Shown one piece after another: positions 48,634-58,841 of a stretch of 64,000 nucleotides of DNA. The stretch comes from a virus (Duplodnaviria > Caudoviricetes). Under the pieces are notes generated by a model that saw only the letters and a program-made list of their open reading frames with translations, was not told where the DNA came from and ran no database searches. Each line of letters opens with the position of its first letter. The stretch's first letter is position 1. The stretch spans positions 1,911 through 65,910 of IMG/VR virus record IMGVR_UViG_3300031992_000089; one strand, written 5' to 3'. The position numbers and the translations under genes are program-made.

Positions 48634-49078
48634 GGTTCATGTCCTCAATTAAAACTCTAGCAATAGCCGCACGCTTTCTAGCTGTGCTACGTCTAATGCG
48701 GTTGTTCAGATTCAAATTACGAATTTTAGATGCGTAATGATTCTCTACGCCTTCTTTAGTAACTTGATAAGGGTCGAATACTATTCCAGTATCATCGATT
48801 TTACCATTGGCGTATCTTGATTTAGCCACGCCTAGGCCATCTTTACGTAATACGATATGGATACGGTCGTAAGACGGTAAATCTGCACTAATAGGTGAAT
48901 CTCGAAACGCACCTGTATCTACAGGTAGAGTGTCAACAAAATCCTCATAAAGTTCGTAGTTTATGCGAGCGCGGACACCGGGCTTATTTACAGACTCTAA
49001 AACTCGTCCTTTGGCCATCTTACGAATTGCGGGCATAAACTGCGATACATTACCAATATCGACTTTAATCTCACTCAT
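48617..49078 (-). CDS. Neck / minor structural protein
   Basis: Position; LPVDTGA motif. Confidence 0.55.
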   Translation of the reverse strand: MSEIKVDIGNVSQFMPAIRKMAKGRVLESVNKPGVRARINYELYEDFVDTLPVDTGAFRDSPISADLPSYDRIHIVLRKDGLGVAKSRYANGKIDDTGIVFDPYQVTKEGVENHYASKIRNLNLNNRIRRSTARKRAAIARVLIEDMNHEQNR

Positions 49079-49080
49079 TG

Positions 49081-49527
49081 TTATACCCCCTTTACTCTGT
49101 AATGCTCCATCCCTCTATCGCCTACATTGATTACGGCTTTGTCAATCTGTAAGCACTCACGCAATTTGTGGTATTTTGTGAGCAAATCAGAAGAACGTTT
49201 GCCTGTTTCGTACTCATTGATTTCATCGTCAACTTCACCAAGTACAAGAATGTCACCTACACCTAATGTAAAGTACGTCTCCCTATCTTCTGCAGGCAAA
49301 GTCTGCCAAGCCCCAGCCGGAACAAAAAGAGGGTCAATTCGGATTCTACAGGTTGTGCTTTCTGTCTCTAATACAGTATTGCCAATCTTTACCTTATCTG
49401 AAGAGTTCTTCCAAAAACAACCAGACAGGGGCTTTCTATACCAAGTAATTTGCTTGGTAGTAGGGTCAATGTATTTATTGTAAAGTGTCACATCAGCGTT
49501 CCACCAAGGCGGATATTGATTATACAT
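49081..49527 (-). CDS. Head closure protein
   Basis: VTLYNKY...FTLGVGDILVLG...HYRVKGV. Confidence 0.65.
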   Translation of the reverse strand: MYNQYPPWWNADVTLYNKYIDPTTKQITWYRKPLSGCFWKNSSDKVKIGNTVLETESTTCRIRIDPLFVPAGAWQTLPAEDRETYFTLGVGDILVLGEVDDEINEYETGKRSSDLLTKYHKLRECLQIDKAVINVGDRGMEHYRVKGV

Positions 49528-49531
49528 ACCA

Positions 49532-49957
49532 TCACTCCCCTGGATAAAGACCTCTATATAGTAGTTTTCTTCCTAGGCTATTCATAGCCGTTCTAAGGCA
49601 TTTATTGATAATGTCATCCATCTCTGCCTTGTAGTATTTGTAAGCATCTGCTAATCTTAACTGGGCATAAGTAGTAGATACACCATCATTCGACATAGAC
49701 ACGACTTGCGGGGTGATAGAGTTCTCACCCTCTACTACAGGACTGCCTAGTTTAAGAAGATTATTCTTGTCTGTAATATACCGAATCAGCATATACATAC
49801 ATTCTTTTACCTCTTCCGGCAGTTCTGTCTCATCTTTAAGTCTGTCAAATGTGTACCAGTTAATCAGACTGCGTGCCTCGAACTCGTACTCATTAAAGGT
49901 GGCTTCGTCAAGTGTACCACCCATTTCCTGGTATTCTGTATAAGTTAGGTACACCAT
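49532..49957 (-). CDS. Head-tail adaptor
   Basis: YLTYTEYQEMGG...SMSNDGVSTTY...LLYRG. Confidence 0.8.
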   Translation of the reverse strand: MVYLTYTEYQEMGGTLDEATFNEYEFEARSLINWYTFDRLKDETELPEEVKECMYMLIRYITDKNNLLKLGSPVVEGENSITPQVVSMSNDGVSTTYAQLRLADAYKYYKAEMDDIINKCLRTAMNSLGRKLLYRGLYPGE

Positions 49958-49969
49958 GTGATGCCTCCT

Positions 49970-50296
49970 TTACTCTGCTTTCTTACGACCGCGCTTTGCC
50001 GGTGTCTTTTCTTCTTCCGCAACTACTTCTTTAGTAGATTTGCCAGATTCCAGTTCAGCAACTTTTGCCTCAAGGTCAGCAATTTTCTTTTTGCTTTCAA
50101 CATAATACCGTTGAAGTGTTCCGAGGTCTCTCGGTACAGATTCTTCTATAATGTTACCAAATTCATCTGTAACATTATAGCCCAGTTGCAGGTAATGCCG
50201 TCTTTCTTCTTCAAATACATAGAGAACTACATTACCACGTTCTACTCTGATTTTGTTCTCTGCCATAATCATATCCTCCTTATAAATAACGGGCAT
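49970..50296 (-). CDS. Small head-associated protein with coiled coil and Lys-rich tail
   Basis: Position in head module; function unknown. Confidence 0.6.
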   Translation of the reverse strand: MPVIYKEDMIMAENKIRVERGNVVLYVFEEERRHYLQLGYNVTDEFGNIIEESVPRDLGTLQRYYVESKKKIADLEAKVAELESGKSTKEVVAEEEKTPAKRGRKKAE

Positions 50297-51335
50297 AGCC
50301 GCTAGATACTATTTTATCAGCACGGTCATACGTTGTATCGTACTGTTCGTTACGAGTCACCCATTTATTTAATACTACATCAAAATAGGTCGCAATAGCA
50401 ACAATTCTGACAGTTTTAGGTGGCACATACTTATAATCGCTTTTCCCAGGCAGTAATTCTGTCCACTTATCTGGTTTCTTGGTATAAGTAAACTTCATAT
50501 TGCCGGCTCGCTTATATATCGCATCAACGTCAAGGTTGGACATATCAAAGTCTAACACTATTGAGTTTTCATCAGTACAACCCAACTCTGAAAGAATGGG
50601 GAGTCGGGTGATAATTAAAGGTGTCCCTAAACAAAGGCTCTCATACGCTGTATAAGGATAACCTTCTGTGTCGCTTAACAGTACCATAAAGTCTGCGTAC
50701 TTTAACCATCTTCTCACATCGAGTGTAGGTTCATGGTACATTATATTAGGACTATTGACTGTAAGTGTTGTGTTAGAGAAGATGTGCCACACGTAAGGAA
50801 TATTAGCACTGTCTAACTCTCTAACCATTCTCTCTAAACGCTTTCCGCCTTTTTCAGAAGTTAATCTCTGGGCAGAAACAAGTGTCATAATTCTAGGCTC
50901 TTTATCTAACTGAATAGGGTTATATATTACGTCTAGTTTTTCGCCTGTTAATTCTTCCCAGGACTTGGCATTATTCTGACTTACTGCGTAACGTTTTGTA
51001 ATCTTCGGGTTGACTGTAGGTGGGTAGTTCTTTAACGACGGGTCTTTGAAGTCCGCATGAACTATCTGAATATATTCTTCGGCTTCAATATCATCGATAT
51101 GCTCTAGACCGTAATTGAAAAATGCCTTTTTGCACTTAACAGGTTTCGGAACTTCATTCCATGAGTATATCCTACAATGTTTTCTGATACGCTCTATTTG
51201 ATGTCTGTCACCACTACCATAGATTATAGTCAAATCTCTCTTGTTGGTATCGGCAAGTCTTGCAAGTTCATAGAGAAAGGTCTCTACCCCACCTATGACT
51301 GAAAGATGTGTTTGGTAAAATACATTTCCGAACAT
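50280..51335 (-). CDS. GT-B fold (GT4-like) glycosyltransferase
   Basis: IGGVETFLYEL; EX7E motif SDTEGYPYTAYESLCLGTP; extra C-terminal ~45-aa domain. Confidence 0.85.
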   Translation of the reverse strand: MFGNVFYQTHLSVIGGVETFLYELARLADTNKRDLTIIYGSGDRHQIERIRKHCRIYSWNEVPKPVKCKKAFFNYGLEHIDDIEAEEYIQIVHADFKDPSLKNYPPTVNPKITKRYAVSQNNAKSWEELTGEKLDVIYNPIQLDKEPRIMTLVSAQRLTSEKGGKRLERMVRELDSANIPYVWHIFSNTTLTVNSPNIMYHEPTLDVRRWLKYADFMVLLSDTEGYPYTAYESLCLGTPLIITRLPILSELGCTDENSIVLDFDMSNLDVDAIYKRAGNMKFTYTKKPDKWTELLPGKSDYKYVPPKTVRIVAIATYFDVVLNKWVTRNEQYDTTYDRADKIVSSGYARYL

Positions 51336-51380
51336 AGTGAAGTAGAGACCCTCCCATTAAACTTTAAGTGTTACCCTCTA

Positions 51381-52340
51381 TCAGAAAGACGGGCCAGCAT
51401 CTGTTACGTTGAACTGAATACCGTCAGCCTTCTTATTGAGAATAAATACATCCTCGAAGGATTCCTCGTAGTAGTAATACTTACCTTCAGACAGTGCAGA
51501 AGGAGCATCCAGTTTAGAGAATGTATAGGAAACAGGAGTGATAACAGATTCAGGACGAATCATCATCATGTTAACCTGCTTTGCGTCGTTAGCGACTGCC
51601 CAACCATTTGTGTCGGAGAAGTCGTACTTGGTCTTCATCAGTTCAGCCGGAACTGCGATAACCTCAACGCCGTCAAGGGACTCAACATTTCTGTTGATGC
51701 CGTCAGCGGAAGTCTGAACGTCCCATGTACGAGTGAGCATAGCGGCGTTCTTAAGGATGTTCTTTACTTCGTTGGTAACATAGAGAACACGATTAGAAAC
51801 CGGTACACGGGCGTTGTTCATAGCCAGCATCATGTTATCGAACAGAGTAAGGATGTTATCCTTTGTCGGGAGCGTGTTATCCGCCGTACGGCCTGTATAA
51901 GCCTCATGAGCGGCATCACCAGCAACGGAAGTAGACCAATCAAAGAAAATCTTGGAAATCGTATAAGCATCCATTTCGGGGAACTTATGCTCCTCGTTGA
52001 ATACCTTTGTGATATTCGCAATAGTTGTAGCCATGTTGGTCTGGTCGATGTCCTTCGGGTGAACGAGTGTGGACCACTTACGCTCATTAACGAGGGTCTT
52101 TGTCTCCCAGGCGTTGTTGTAGTTACGCTGTGCAGTACTGATAGAGTCACGGTCAGCGTTTGTTCTACCAGTTGTGCTGATAGACGGAATCTCAATGGTC
52201 TTGGAGTTTACCCACTTAAAACGACCATTGTTCGGTGTGGAATAGAGTTTACCGAAGTACAGCATGTACGGGTAAGCCTGCTCAAGGCCTCTCTGGTACT
52301 CGGTAGCGTAGTTAAGATTAGGGATCTGTGAACTAGCCAT
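51381..52340 (-). CDS. Major capsid protein
   Basis: LNYATEYQRGL, KTIEIPSI, VHPKDIDQT, PEMDAY, YYYEESFEDVFIL; follows the scaffold gene. Confidence 0.88.
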   Translation of the reverse strand: MASSQIPNLNYATEYQRGLEQAYPYMLYFGKLYSTPNNGRFKWVNSKTIEIPSISTTGRTNADRDSISTAQRNYNNAWETKTLVNERKWSTLVHPKDIDQTNMATTIANITKVFNEEHKFPEMDAYTISKIFFDWSTSVAGDAAHEAYTGRTADNTLPTKDNILTLFDNMMLAMNNARVPVSNRVLYVTNEVKNILKNAAMLTRTWDVQTSADGINRNVESLDGVEVIAVPAELMKTKYDFSDTNGWAVANDAKQVNMMMIRPESVITPVSYTFSKLDAPSALSEGKYYYYEESFEDVFILNKKADGIQFNVTDAGPSF

Positions 52341-52364
52341 AGTTAATCTCCTTTACAAAATAAA

Positions 52365-53030
52365 TTAGTGGGGCCTAATGCCCGAAAAGTTGAATTTAAT
52401 CATCGGGGGTTCTTCATCAGAGGTGCCGTCAGACTTTGTAGAGTCAACAAAATGTGGCTTCTGGGCCGGTGGAGTTTCGGGTTCTGCTTTGTCTGCCTCA
52501 AAGGAATCTTCATTCTCGGCACGGTACGCGGCAAGAAAATCTGTCGCTCCCATAATCACACCGTCAACCATCTGCAAATTCTTGGCAATAAGTTCCGCCT
52601 CAAACTGCTTTTTGGCAGCCTTACTAGAGAACTTCTGCTGGTTAGAGAGTTCCGTAACTGCAAAACGATATGCCTGTTCTTTGAGTTGCTTCTGGTATGC
52701 CTTTGTGTCTTTGTCATACTGTCTCTGCAGGTCATCGAACTTGGTCGTAAGGTCTGACAGTTTCGTAGCATCTGTGCCAGCGGCCTCTAACTGCGTGCGT
52801 AGGTTCTGTAAATCTGTGTCTCGGGCTTTTACAGTTTCGTCAAGTGCAGTAATTCGGGTATCTCGCTTTGCCAGTTCATCGTTGTACTTCTGTGTGGAGA
52901 CATATTCTCCGGTAGAAAGGTCAACAAACTTGGCATTAGGTGCAAGTGCCGTCAACTGCTCATACGTCAGTGCGCCGCCCTCGGCGTTGTCAAACAGTTC
53001 CTTCAGGTTCATAAATAATCCTCCTAACAT
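52365..53030 (-). CDS. Capsid scaffolding protein (GP20-like)
   Basis: FVDLSTGEYVS..KY, coiled coil, KFSSKAAKK. Confidence 0.8.
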   Translation of the reverse strand: MLGGLFMNLKELFDNAEGGALTYEQLTALAPNAKFVDLSTGEYVSTQKYNDELAKRDTRITALDETVKARDTDLQNLRTQLEAAGTDATKLSDLTTKFDDLQRQYDKDTKAYQKQLKEQAYRFAVTELSNQQKFSSKAAKKQFEAELIAKNLQMVDGVIMGATDFLAAYRAENEDSFEADKAEPETPPAQKPHFVDSTKSDGTSDEEPPMIKFNFSGIRPH

Positions 53031-53234
53031 TCTGGTATCAGTTTTACTTGTAAATCCGCAGTCGCTCTCTGCGTCGGAATGTGCCTTTCTTTATATGTTG
53101 TAAGGCTCAACGATATATAACAGGGAACATCCCTAGTTATCTATTTATGGGGGAAGGTAGCAAGTCAAGGAGGGGCCGAGACTTACTACCCATCTGCTAA
53201 AGAGGACTGAACCACTTTGCCATTCCCCACGTTC
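53031..53234 (-). ncRNA. Structured ~200-nt leader of the scaffold-capsid operon
   Basis: TGGGGAA...TTCCCC enclosing GGTAGTAAGTC/GACTTGCTACC; further hairpins ATAAC-AGGGA/TCCCT-GTTAT and CGCAG/CTGCG. Confidence 0.55.
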
Positions 53235-53263
53235 ATTATAAACAAATACCAATACCTTGTAAA
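53235..53263 (-). promoter_or_regulatory. sigmaA-type promoter for the head operon
   Basis: TTTACA-N17-TATAAT. Confidence 0.7.
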
Positions 53264-53269
53264 TATGTA

Positions 53270-55228
53270 TTATGATTTTACTTGGTCAGCGGTTTTGCTC
53301 TTATTCGGGTTGTCAAGACTATCTGCCTGTTGCCCGGTAGTAATCTTCTTCTGATGTGTATCAGCCGGAGACTGGGTAGCATCTTCTGAAACAGAGCCGA
53401 CAGCCTGCGCTTTAAGCATTTCAGCCTGTGCTTGCTGTTCTGCGGACTGTATAGCCTCTTCTGCAATCTTCTGTAAGGCAGCCTTAGCTTGATTCTCGGT
53501 CTCACCGAAGTACCACATTCTGTTCTCAACTTTACCAGCAAGGCCGTTCTGCATAAGGGACAGTCTCTTGGACAGTTCGGATTCACTGTCAACGATAATG
53601 CTGTCATCCCATTCAAATGATACTTCATACTCACCGTCTGGTGCCATGTCGTAAAGGTCGCAATATACGTTCATTACGTACACAACATCCTCAAGTGCAT
53701 ACTGTAAGGCACGCTGAATATCTGCATTAGTGGCATAACTTCTCTGCTTTAAGATTTTCAGTTCTGTGGCAGTCTTGGCTTCCTGTGAAGTAACTTCTGA
53801 TAATGTGCCTCTACTTAATCCAGTGGCATCTTCGATTCTGGTAAGAATGTTGTTCAGACCTTGTATGTAAGATGTGTCACGAAGGGCGGGGGCAAATACG
53901 TTGTAAGTTTCTTCATTGTTCAGGTCAACTTTACGGAACAGTCTTTCCTGGCCAACAGGATTTACAGAACCAACATCTTCTACAAATTTCAGAGCGTCAC
54001 GGTCAACATCGATAGCAAGTTCACCGCCTTCATACTCCCAAAGAAGTCTAGAATACTGCATATCGGCATCTTTAATCAGACTGACTACTCTAGAATAGCC
54101 AGATACACCGAGCGGAGAATACGGGTCAATAGTATTTGCTTCAGGCATTCTAAAATAAGCGAACAGAAGTCGGTCGCAGTCCTCGATAACGGTTTTTGGC
54201 TCAAGAGATGCCCATTCAGGTACATCTTTAAGAGAAATTTGCTTGCCTAAATTAGACGCTGACTTAATATTGTTAGAATTTGCCAGGGACATGTCGGTAC
54301 TCTCAAAAGCAAAATTCTGAACTGTAACTGTTGTGCCTACAAGTTTATGGTGCTCAAGGCGGATATAGACTTTCTCCTGTGCTTTATCTACCTTGGTCTG
54401 AACGAAACACGCTTCGGTTACTTTATCATTTGCCGCAAATGACAGTGGGAAGAATCTATCTGCCTGAATAAAGTCAACTTCAAATTCAGCCTTCGGAATT
54501 TTGCGTGTATTATTTTGCGTTTTAACGCTCGAATTGCTGTTTGAAGTATCTTTATCGTTTCCGTTGTTACTCAACGTTTTAGACACGTTCTCGCTTGTTT
54601 TAGACGTATCTGTAACGTTGCTGTTCTTGACATTGTGAATGACTGGGTAAGGCTTGATGATAATTCCGCCTTTTGCAATACCATACTCGAAATGACGGCG
54701 TAAAGGACGAATACATTTCTTCTGATAGTTATCATTCAGAAAATCGGCTCTAGCCGTATCTCCGACAGGGACCTGTTTCGTAGTAATTTTGTATGCAGTA
54801 GAGTTATCCAGACTCGACACTTTATCAGAACTGTCTGAACCAACTGCCGGCTTGCTCTGTGCGTTGCTATCTGCCCCATCTGTCTTATTATCAAGGTACT
54901 TAGGCGTTACTTCTTCGCCTTCTGTACTGACAGTCTGCATAGGTGCCGAGATTTCCGACTTCATCTCTAAAGTTGCCATTCTCGCCTTCTCGCTGGCAAT
55001 TAGCTGAGGTAAGCCCAGTGAGGTAATCCTAACAGGGCTTCCTGGATACGGTTCTTTGAGCCACGGAGCGTTGCCCTCATACATATCTGACCACAGCTGA
55101 ATGGCTTCCATCATGCGGTCGGAGATATTAGGTGTAACGTGTAAAACTTCTTCAACAGTTTTCTTTGGTAACATTTTACTCACTATCTCCTTTATCTTTA
55201 ACATTAAACCAGAGGCCAACTGCATCAC
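53270..55228 (-). CDS. Portal protein (SPP1 gp6/A118-like) with low-complexity inserts
   Basis: LGLPQLIASEKAR, PLGVSGYSR, GLSRGTLS, AKTATE, VSFEWDDSII; follows terL. Confidence 0.88.
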   Translation of the reverse strand: MMQLASGLMLKIKEIVSKMLPKKTVEEVLHVTPNISDRMMEAIQLWSDMYEGNAPWLKEPYPGSPVRITSLGLPQLIASEKARMATLEMKSEISAPMQTVSTEGEEVTPKYLDNKTDGADSNAQSKPAVGSDSSDKVSSLDNSTAYKITTKQVPVGDTARADFLNDNYQKKCIRPLRRHFEYGIAKGGIIIKPYPVIHNVKNSNVTDTSKTSENVSKTLSNNGNDKDTSNSNSSVKTQNNTRKIPKAEFEVDFIQADRFFPLSFAANDKVTEACFVQTKVDKAQEKVYIRLEHHKLVGTTVTVQNFAFESTDMSLANSNNIKSASNLGKQISLKDVPEWASLEPKTVIEDCDRLLFAYFRMPEANTIDPYSPLGVSGYSRVVSLIKDADMQYSRLLWEYEGGELAIDVDRDALKFVEDVGSVNPVGQERLFRKVDLNNEETYNVFAPALRDTSYIQGLNNILTRIEDATGLSRGTLSEVTSQEAKTATELKILKQRSYATNADIQRALQYALEDVVYVMNVYCDLYDMAPDGEYEVSFEWDDSIIVDSESELSKRLSLMQNGLAGKVENRMWYFGETENQAKAALQKIAEEAIQSAEQQAQAEMLKAQAVGSVSEDATQSPADTHQKKITTGQQADSLDNPNKSKTADQVKS

Positions 55229-55259
55229 CTCACTTTTCTTAATCTATTTGTATTATATA

Positions 55260-56612
55260 TCATTTACCTTTACGTTTCCACAGTCTTTCTAGGGCATATC
55301 TGCAAGCATCAATATTGTGGTTGTTAGCATCTGGGTAGCCACTTACAACTTCATCGTCTTTATCTCGGTCATATTCATACTCCACGAACTCTTTCAAAGT
55401 CTGTGGGCATCTGACAGGGTCTATATAGATATGATTTAGAGACTGAAGCCACTTCATTGAGTAATTTACAGAGTCAGGTCCTTTCTCGGCAGGACGACAT
55501 CCATATCCACCATAGGCTTTATAGTCTGAAATTGATTTAGGTTCCGCAGAATCAGCGGTAACAATTTCATCAGGTTCCAGTAATTTACGGTTTCGGATGG
55601 GAAGACCTGACTCCTCACGGCTCTCTATAAATTCGGCAGTGTATAAATCTGGGCCATGATAGAGATAATCGAAAGTATCTTTGTTAGTTGTCTTATTTAC
55701 CCTATACTCTGCAAAGATATATAGGTTTCTTCTCGCTAAATCGAAGTGCATTTTATTGAAGGCAAACGGGTCTGGGTACCATCCCCAGTCAATACCACTA
55801 TAAACTCTATCGAAACCTGCTATAAATTCATCTGACATATAGAGAGGTTCGACATTTTCAAAGACATTTCCGCCTGTTCCGACAGGTATTCCTAAATACT
55901 CATGTTCATAGGCTTTAGGATTCGTAGCCTTAAGGTCTAACGCTTCTTCAATAAACGCTTCTCCGAGCCAATCTTCAGGTACATCAAGATAAGTATTGGA
56001 AGAAACCAGCGTATTGTCTCGCCCCATGGCATCTACGGCGTACTGATTTGCCCAGTTCAGATTAGAAATCGGTGGGTTAAAAGAGCGAAAATCCCAAAAT
56101 AACTTACCACCACGCATGGTAGACTGTAAAACTTTACGAATTTCAGCCTCGCCTTCGAACTGGTCCAACTCCTCAAACCAAGTAATTCCTATATAGCCGA
56201 ATGGTAACTTGACAGACTTTACCTTATTCGGGTCATCCAAGCCAAAAAACAGTATTTGCTGGCCAGTAGGTAAAAACACGATAGGGTTAGAAATAGATTT
56301 AGGTATATGAAAAAGTTGAGTTAGTCCTAACTTCTCAATGCCCCATACAACCTGTGACCAGACCGAGTTTTTCATGGTATTTCCGACTTTACGAAAAACA
56401 ATACAATGGATATTCGGGTTCTGTAATATAAGTAGTGGTATGGCTTCACTGATACAAGACGACTTGGTACTACCACGCCCGCCCTTAAAGACATAATGAG
56501 TATGCCCATGAGCAAGAATATCTTGCATGATGGGCTTAAACATCGGTATAATGGCTTGTCGCATATCAATGTCAATACTGACATTTTCCACTTTAGCAGA
56601 TTTTTTAGGCAT
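55260..56612 (-). CDS. terL: Terminase large subunit (PBSX-like)
   Basis: GGRGSTKS, VFRKV, GLDDP, WFEE, SFNPP, GIDWGW, ADSAEP, NHNIDACRYAL. Confidence 0.93.
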   Translation of the reverse strand: MPKKSAKVENVSIDIDMRQAIIPMFKPIMQDILAHGHTHYVFKGGRGSTKSSCISEAIPLLILQNPNIHCIVFRKVGNTMKNSVWSQVVWGIEKLGLTQLFHIPKSISNPIVFLPTGQQILFFGLDDPNKVKSVKLPFGYIGITWFEELDQFEGEAEIRKVLQSTMRGGKLFWDFRSFNPPISNLNWANQYAVDAMGRDNTLVSSNTYLDVPEDWLGEAFIEEALDLKATNPKAYEHEYLGIPVGTGGNVFENVEPLYMSDEFIAGFDRVYSGIDWGWYPDPFAFNKMHFDLARRNLYIFAEYRVNKTTNKDTFDYLYHGPDLYTAEFIESREESGLPIRNRKLLEPDEIVTADSAEPKSISDYKAYGGYGCRPAEKGPDSVNYSMKWLQSLNHIYIDPVRCPQTLKEFVEYEYDRDKDDEVVSGYPDANNHNIDACRYALERLWKRKGK

Positions 56613-57078
56613 CAGTAGGTCCGTCCCAATGTAAGGTAATTTCGACTTTAGGTGCTTCTTTAATTTCTTCCTTTACCAGTTCTGGGTCAATGACTCTCTT
56701 GGCAAGTTCTTTAGCGGCATTTGTTCTTTCCGCTAGTGGAGCATCGAGGTTAAACTGGTCTTTCTCCTCATTTCGCATGACTTTAGTAAAATACTGCAAA
56801 ATCTCATCCGCATCCGCAATAGTCTGCTTCTTTATCTGGTCCATGCGGTATTTAATCTCATCAGCGATATAATCCTTGCCTGCGATACTTCGCATCTGTA
56901 AATGGGCTTCACGAAGTGCCTTATTCAAATCGCCAGTTTCCATATACATAGCAATAAACGCCGACTCTTTAACGGACAAAGGATAGCCGTCATGCGTAAT
57001 GTCGGCACCATCCAGGTTTTGGTGACCTATCTTCTTAATAAAATCCACATATTGTTTATCTACGCCTTTCTTTGCCAT
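56605..57078 (-). CDS. terS: Terminase small subunit
   Basis: KESAFIAMY, IADADEILQYFTKVMRNE, AAKELAKR; directly upstream of terL. Confidence 0.8.
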   Translation of the reverse strand: MAKKGVDKQYVDFIKKIGHQNLDGADITHDGYPLSVKESAFIAMYMETGDLNKALREAHLQMRSIAGKDYIADEIKYRMDQIKKQTIADADEILQYFTKVMRNEEKDQFNLDAPLAERTNAAKELAKRVIDPELVKEEIKEAPKVEITLHWDGPTDA

Positions 57079-57855
57079 TACTCATCTCGTCCTTTCTTAT
57101 TTTTATTAGTAAGTAACTTGTGGGCAATAGGGGTCAGTTTATTCTCGTCCATAGTAGATGACTGGCTCATCAGTTCCTTCATCTTTAAGGCATTGTTCCT
57201 CTCGCTGGCATTAGGGGAAGTAAGGAGTTTATTAAGAGATGGCGAAGCAGAATCGACCTTAACCTTACACTTTACTTCAGGTATACCATTCTTATACGCT
57301 GTAACAAACATCCACTGGTCATCCTTAGAAAGTTTGAACTGAAAGATGACATTGTCTTGCTTATTGATAGGCAGTTTCAAGGTAATCTTATTCGACCCGA
57401 CAGGGTCTAATCCCGAGCCAGCAGGTACTTTGCCACTGAAATTTACCGCGCCCTTTATGCCAAAAGTCTCATTATTGACGTTGCCCACTTTTGAAGTTTT
57501 AAAGGTTCCACGGCCAGTACTTCCCATCCTGAATCAACTCCTCCCTAATCTCATTCCACTTCTCCTGATCCATAGGCAATTCTCTACCTTCAAGCACGTA
57601 GTATATATCTCTTAAATACATAGTAATTCTTATCATCGAAGTGGTACTGTAAATCTCTTTATTATAATACTTATTCGTCTCTGTATTATATACTGCCTCT
57701 GATAATATATAATACGAGTGCGGTTGCTTCTCTACGCCCATGAACTGCTTCGTGGACAGCGTTAAATACTTGTCGTACTTCACGGAAATAGCCTTTAACA
57801 ACTTCTTTGACATTGTCCACATATTTCTGTTGCCCATTCGACCATCTCCTTTCAT
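57078..57855 (-). other. Two hypothetical genes upstream of terS: 57078-57527 and ~57499-57837
   Basis: ORFs with RBSs, coupled to terS. Confidence 0.65.
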
Positions 57856-58174
57856 TTTTCATTTTATACAGTACGACACGTTTTGTCAAAGCCCGGTTAT
57901 TTATACATTATCGCAATAATATACACCTACGCTACACGTAAGGACACACACCCGGTTATTTTGGTAGAATACTTAGGTTGTGTATCCTGTCCTCGCTTTC
58001 ACGGAAAGCGTCAATTCCGCTATACTTGCGTATAGCGTTTATCAGCGTGCATTTGAATTTACACTATATGAATATCATTTTAGCGTTTATCGCTTGTCTA
58101 TGCTATGAAAGAATAAAAAATAGCACTATGTATGCATGATACATAATGCTATATGTAACAAGAAAAAAGTGCAT

Positions 58175-58214
58175 AAAAAAAGAGTGTTCGCAAGCACTCG
58201 AACACTCTTTTTTT
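58175..58214. terminator. Intrinsic terminator
   Basis: 16-bp stem AAAAAAAGAGTGTTCG/CGAACACTCTTTTTTT, directly downstream of the 58230 gene. Confidence 0.85.
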
Positions 58215-58229
58215 GTTGGAAAGTGAAAA

Positions 58230-58754
58230 TCACTTTTTTGTGACTTTCTTTGAAGTCTTTTTGACTTCTTTTTTGACTTCTTCTTTCTTTTCCGCTGTCA
58301 CGTGCTTTTCAGCGTTTAACACGCTGAAAATCGTATTGATAACTTGCGGAACTTCTTCATATGCACAATATTTAATACAATGCGCACTGTCAAACTTAAA
58401 ACGTTCTTTGTACTTTTCCTCAAAAGCACTCTTAAAAGCATTGTGATATTTGACAGTAAAAACGATATCAAACGTTTTTCCGTTCTCTTTTCCGTATAAC
58501 TGAATAACACTTTTGTTATCACTTTTATCGATAACACGTGCATACGTTACATTGATTGACTTGTCACGTGTCTTTGTATCGCTATATTCAGCGTCAAAGA
58601 GTGCTACACGTTCATTGTTAGTAACAGCAGAAAAGATTTCTTCAAAAGCACTAACATACAAGCGAGAACGCTTGTTAACGCATTGTGCATTTCTTGTTTC
58701 ATTAGAAGAAACAAAATTCTTTTCGTTCGCAAGTAAAGTTTCATAAGTTTTCAT
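58230..58754 (-). CDS. Hypothetical protein with Lys-rich tail, encoded in the GG/CC-poor block
   Basis: RBS GTGAGGAA before ATG at 58754; own terminator; similar to 61594-62337. Confidence 0.8.
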   Translation of the reverse strand: MKTYETLLANEKNFVSSNETRNAQCVNKRSRLYVSAFEEIFSAVTNNERVALFDAEYSDTKTRDKSINVTYARVIDKSDNKSVIQLYGKENGKTFDIVFTVKYHNAFKSAFEEKYKERFKFDSAHCIKYCAYEEVPQVINTIFSVLNAEKHVTAEKKEEVKKEVKKTSKKVTKK

Positions 58755-58841
58755 AATAATTTCCTCACTTTCAATTCTTAAAAATTTGTTGATATTCAAT
58801 TGTCAAAGTGCTTGTCTGTTTGACACTTCAAATTGTAAAGA

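Noticed and set aside
51306-52331. 341-aa plus-strand ORF, and similar long antisense ORFs over the scaffold, tail tube, tape measure and other genes
   Set aside because: Shadows of well-supported minus-strand genes, with no RBS or recognisable motifs
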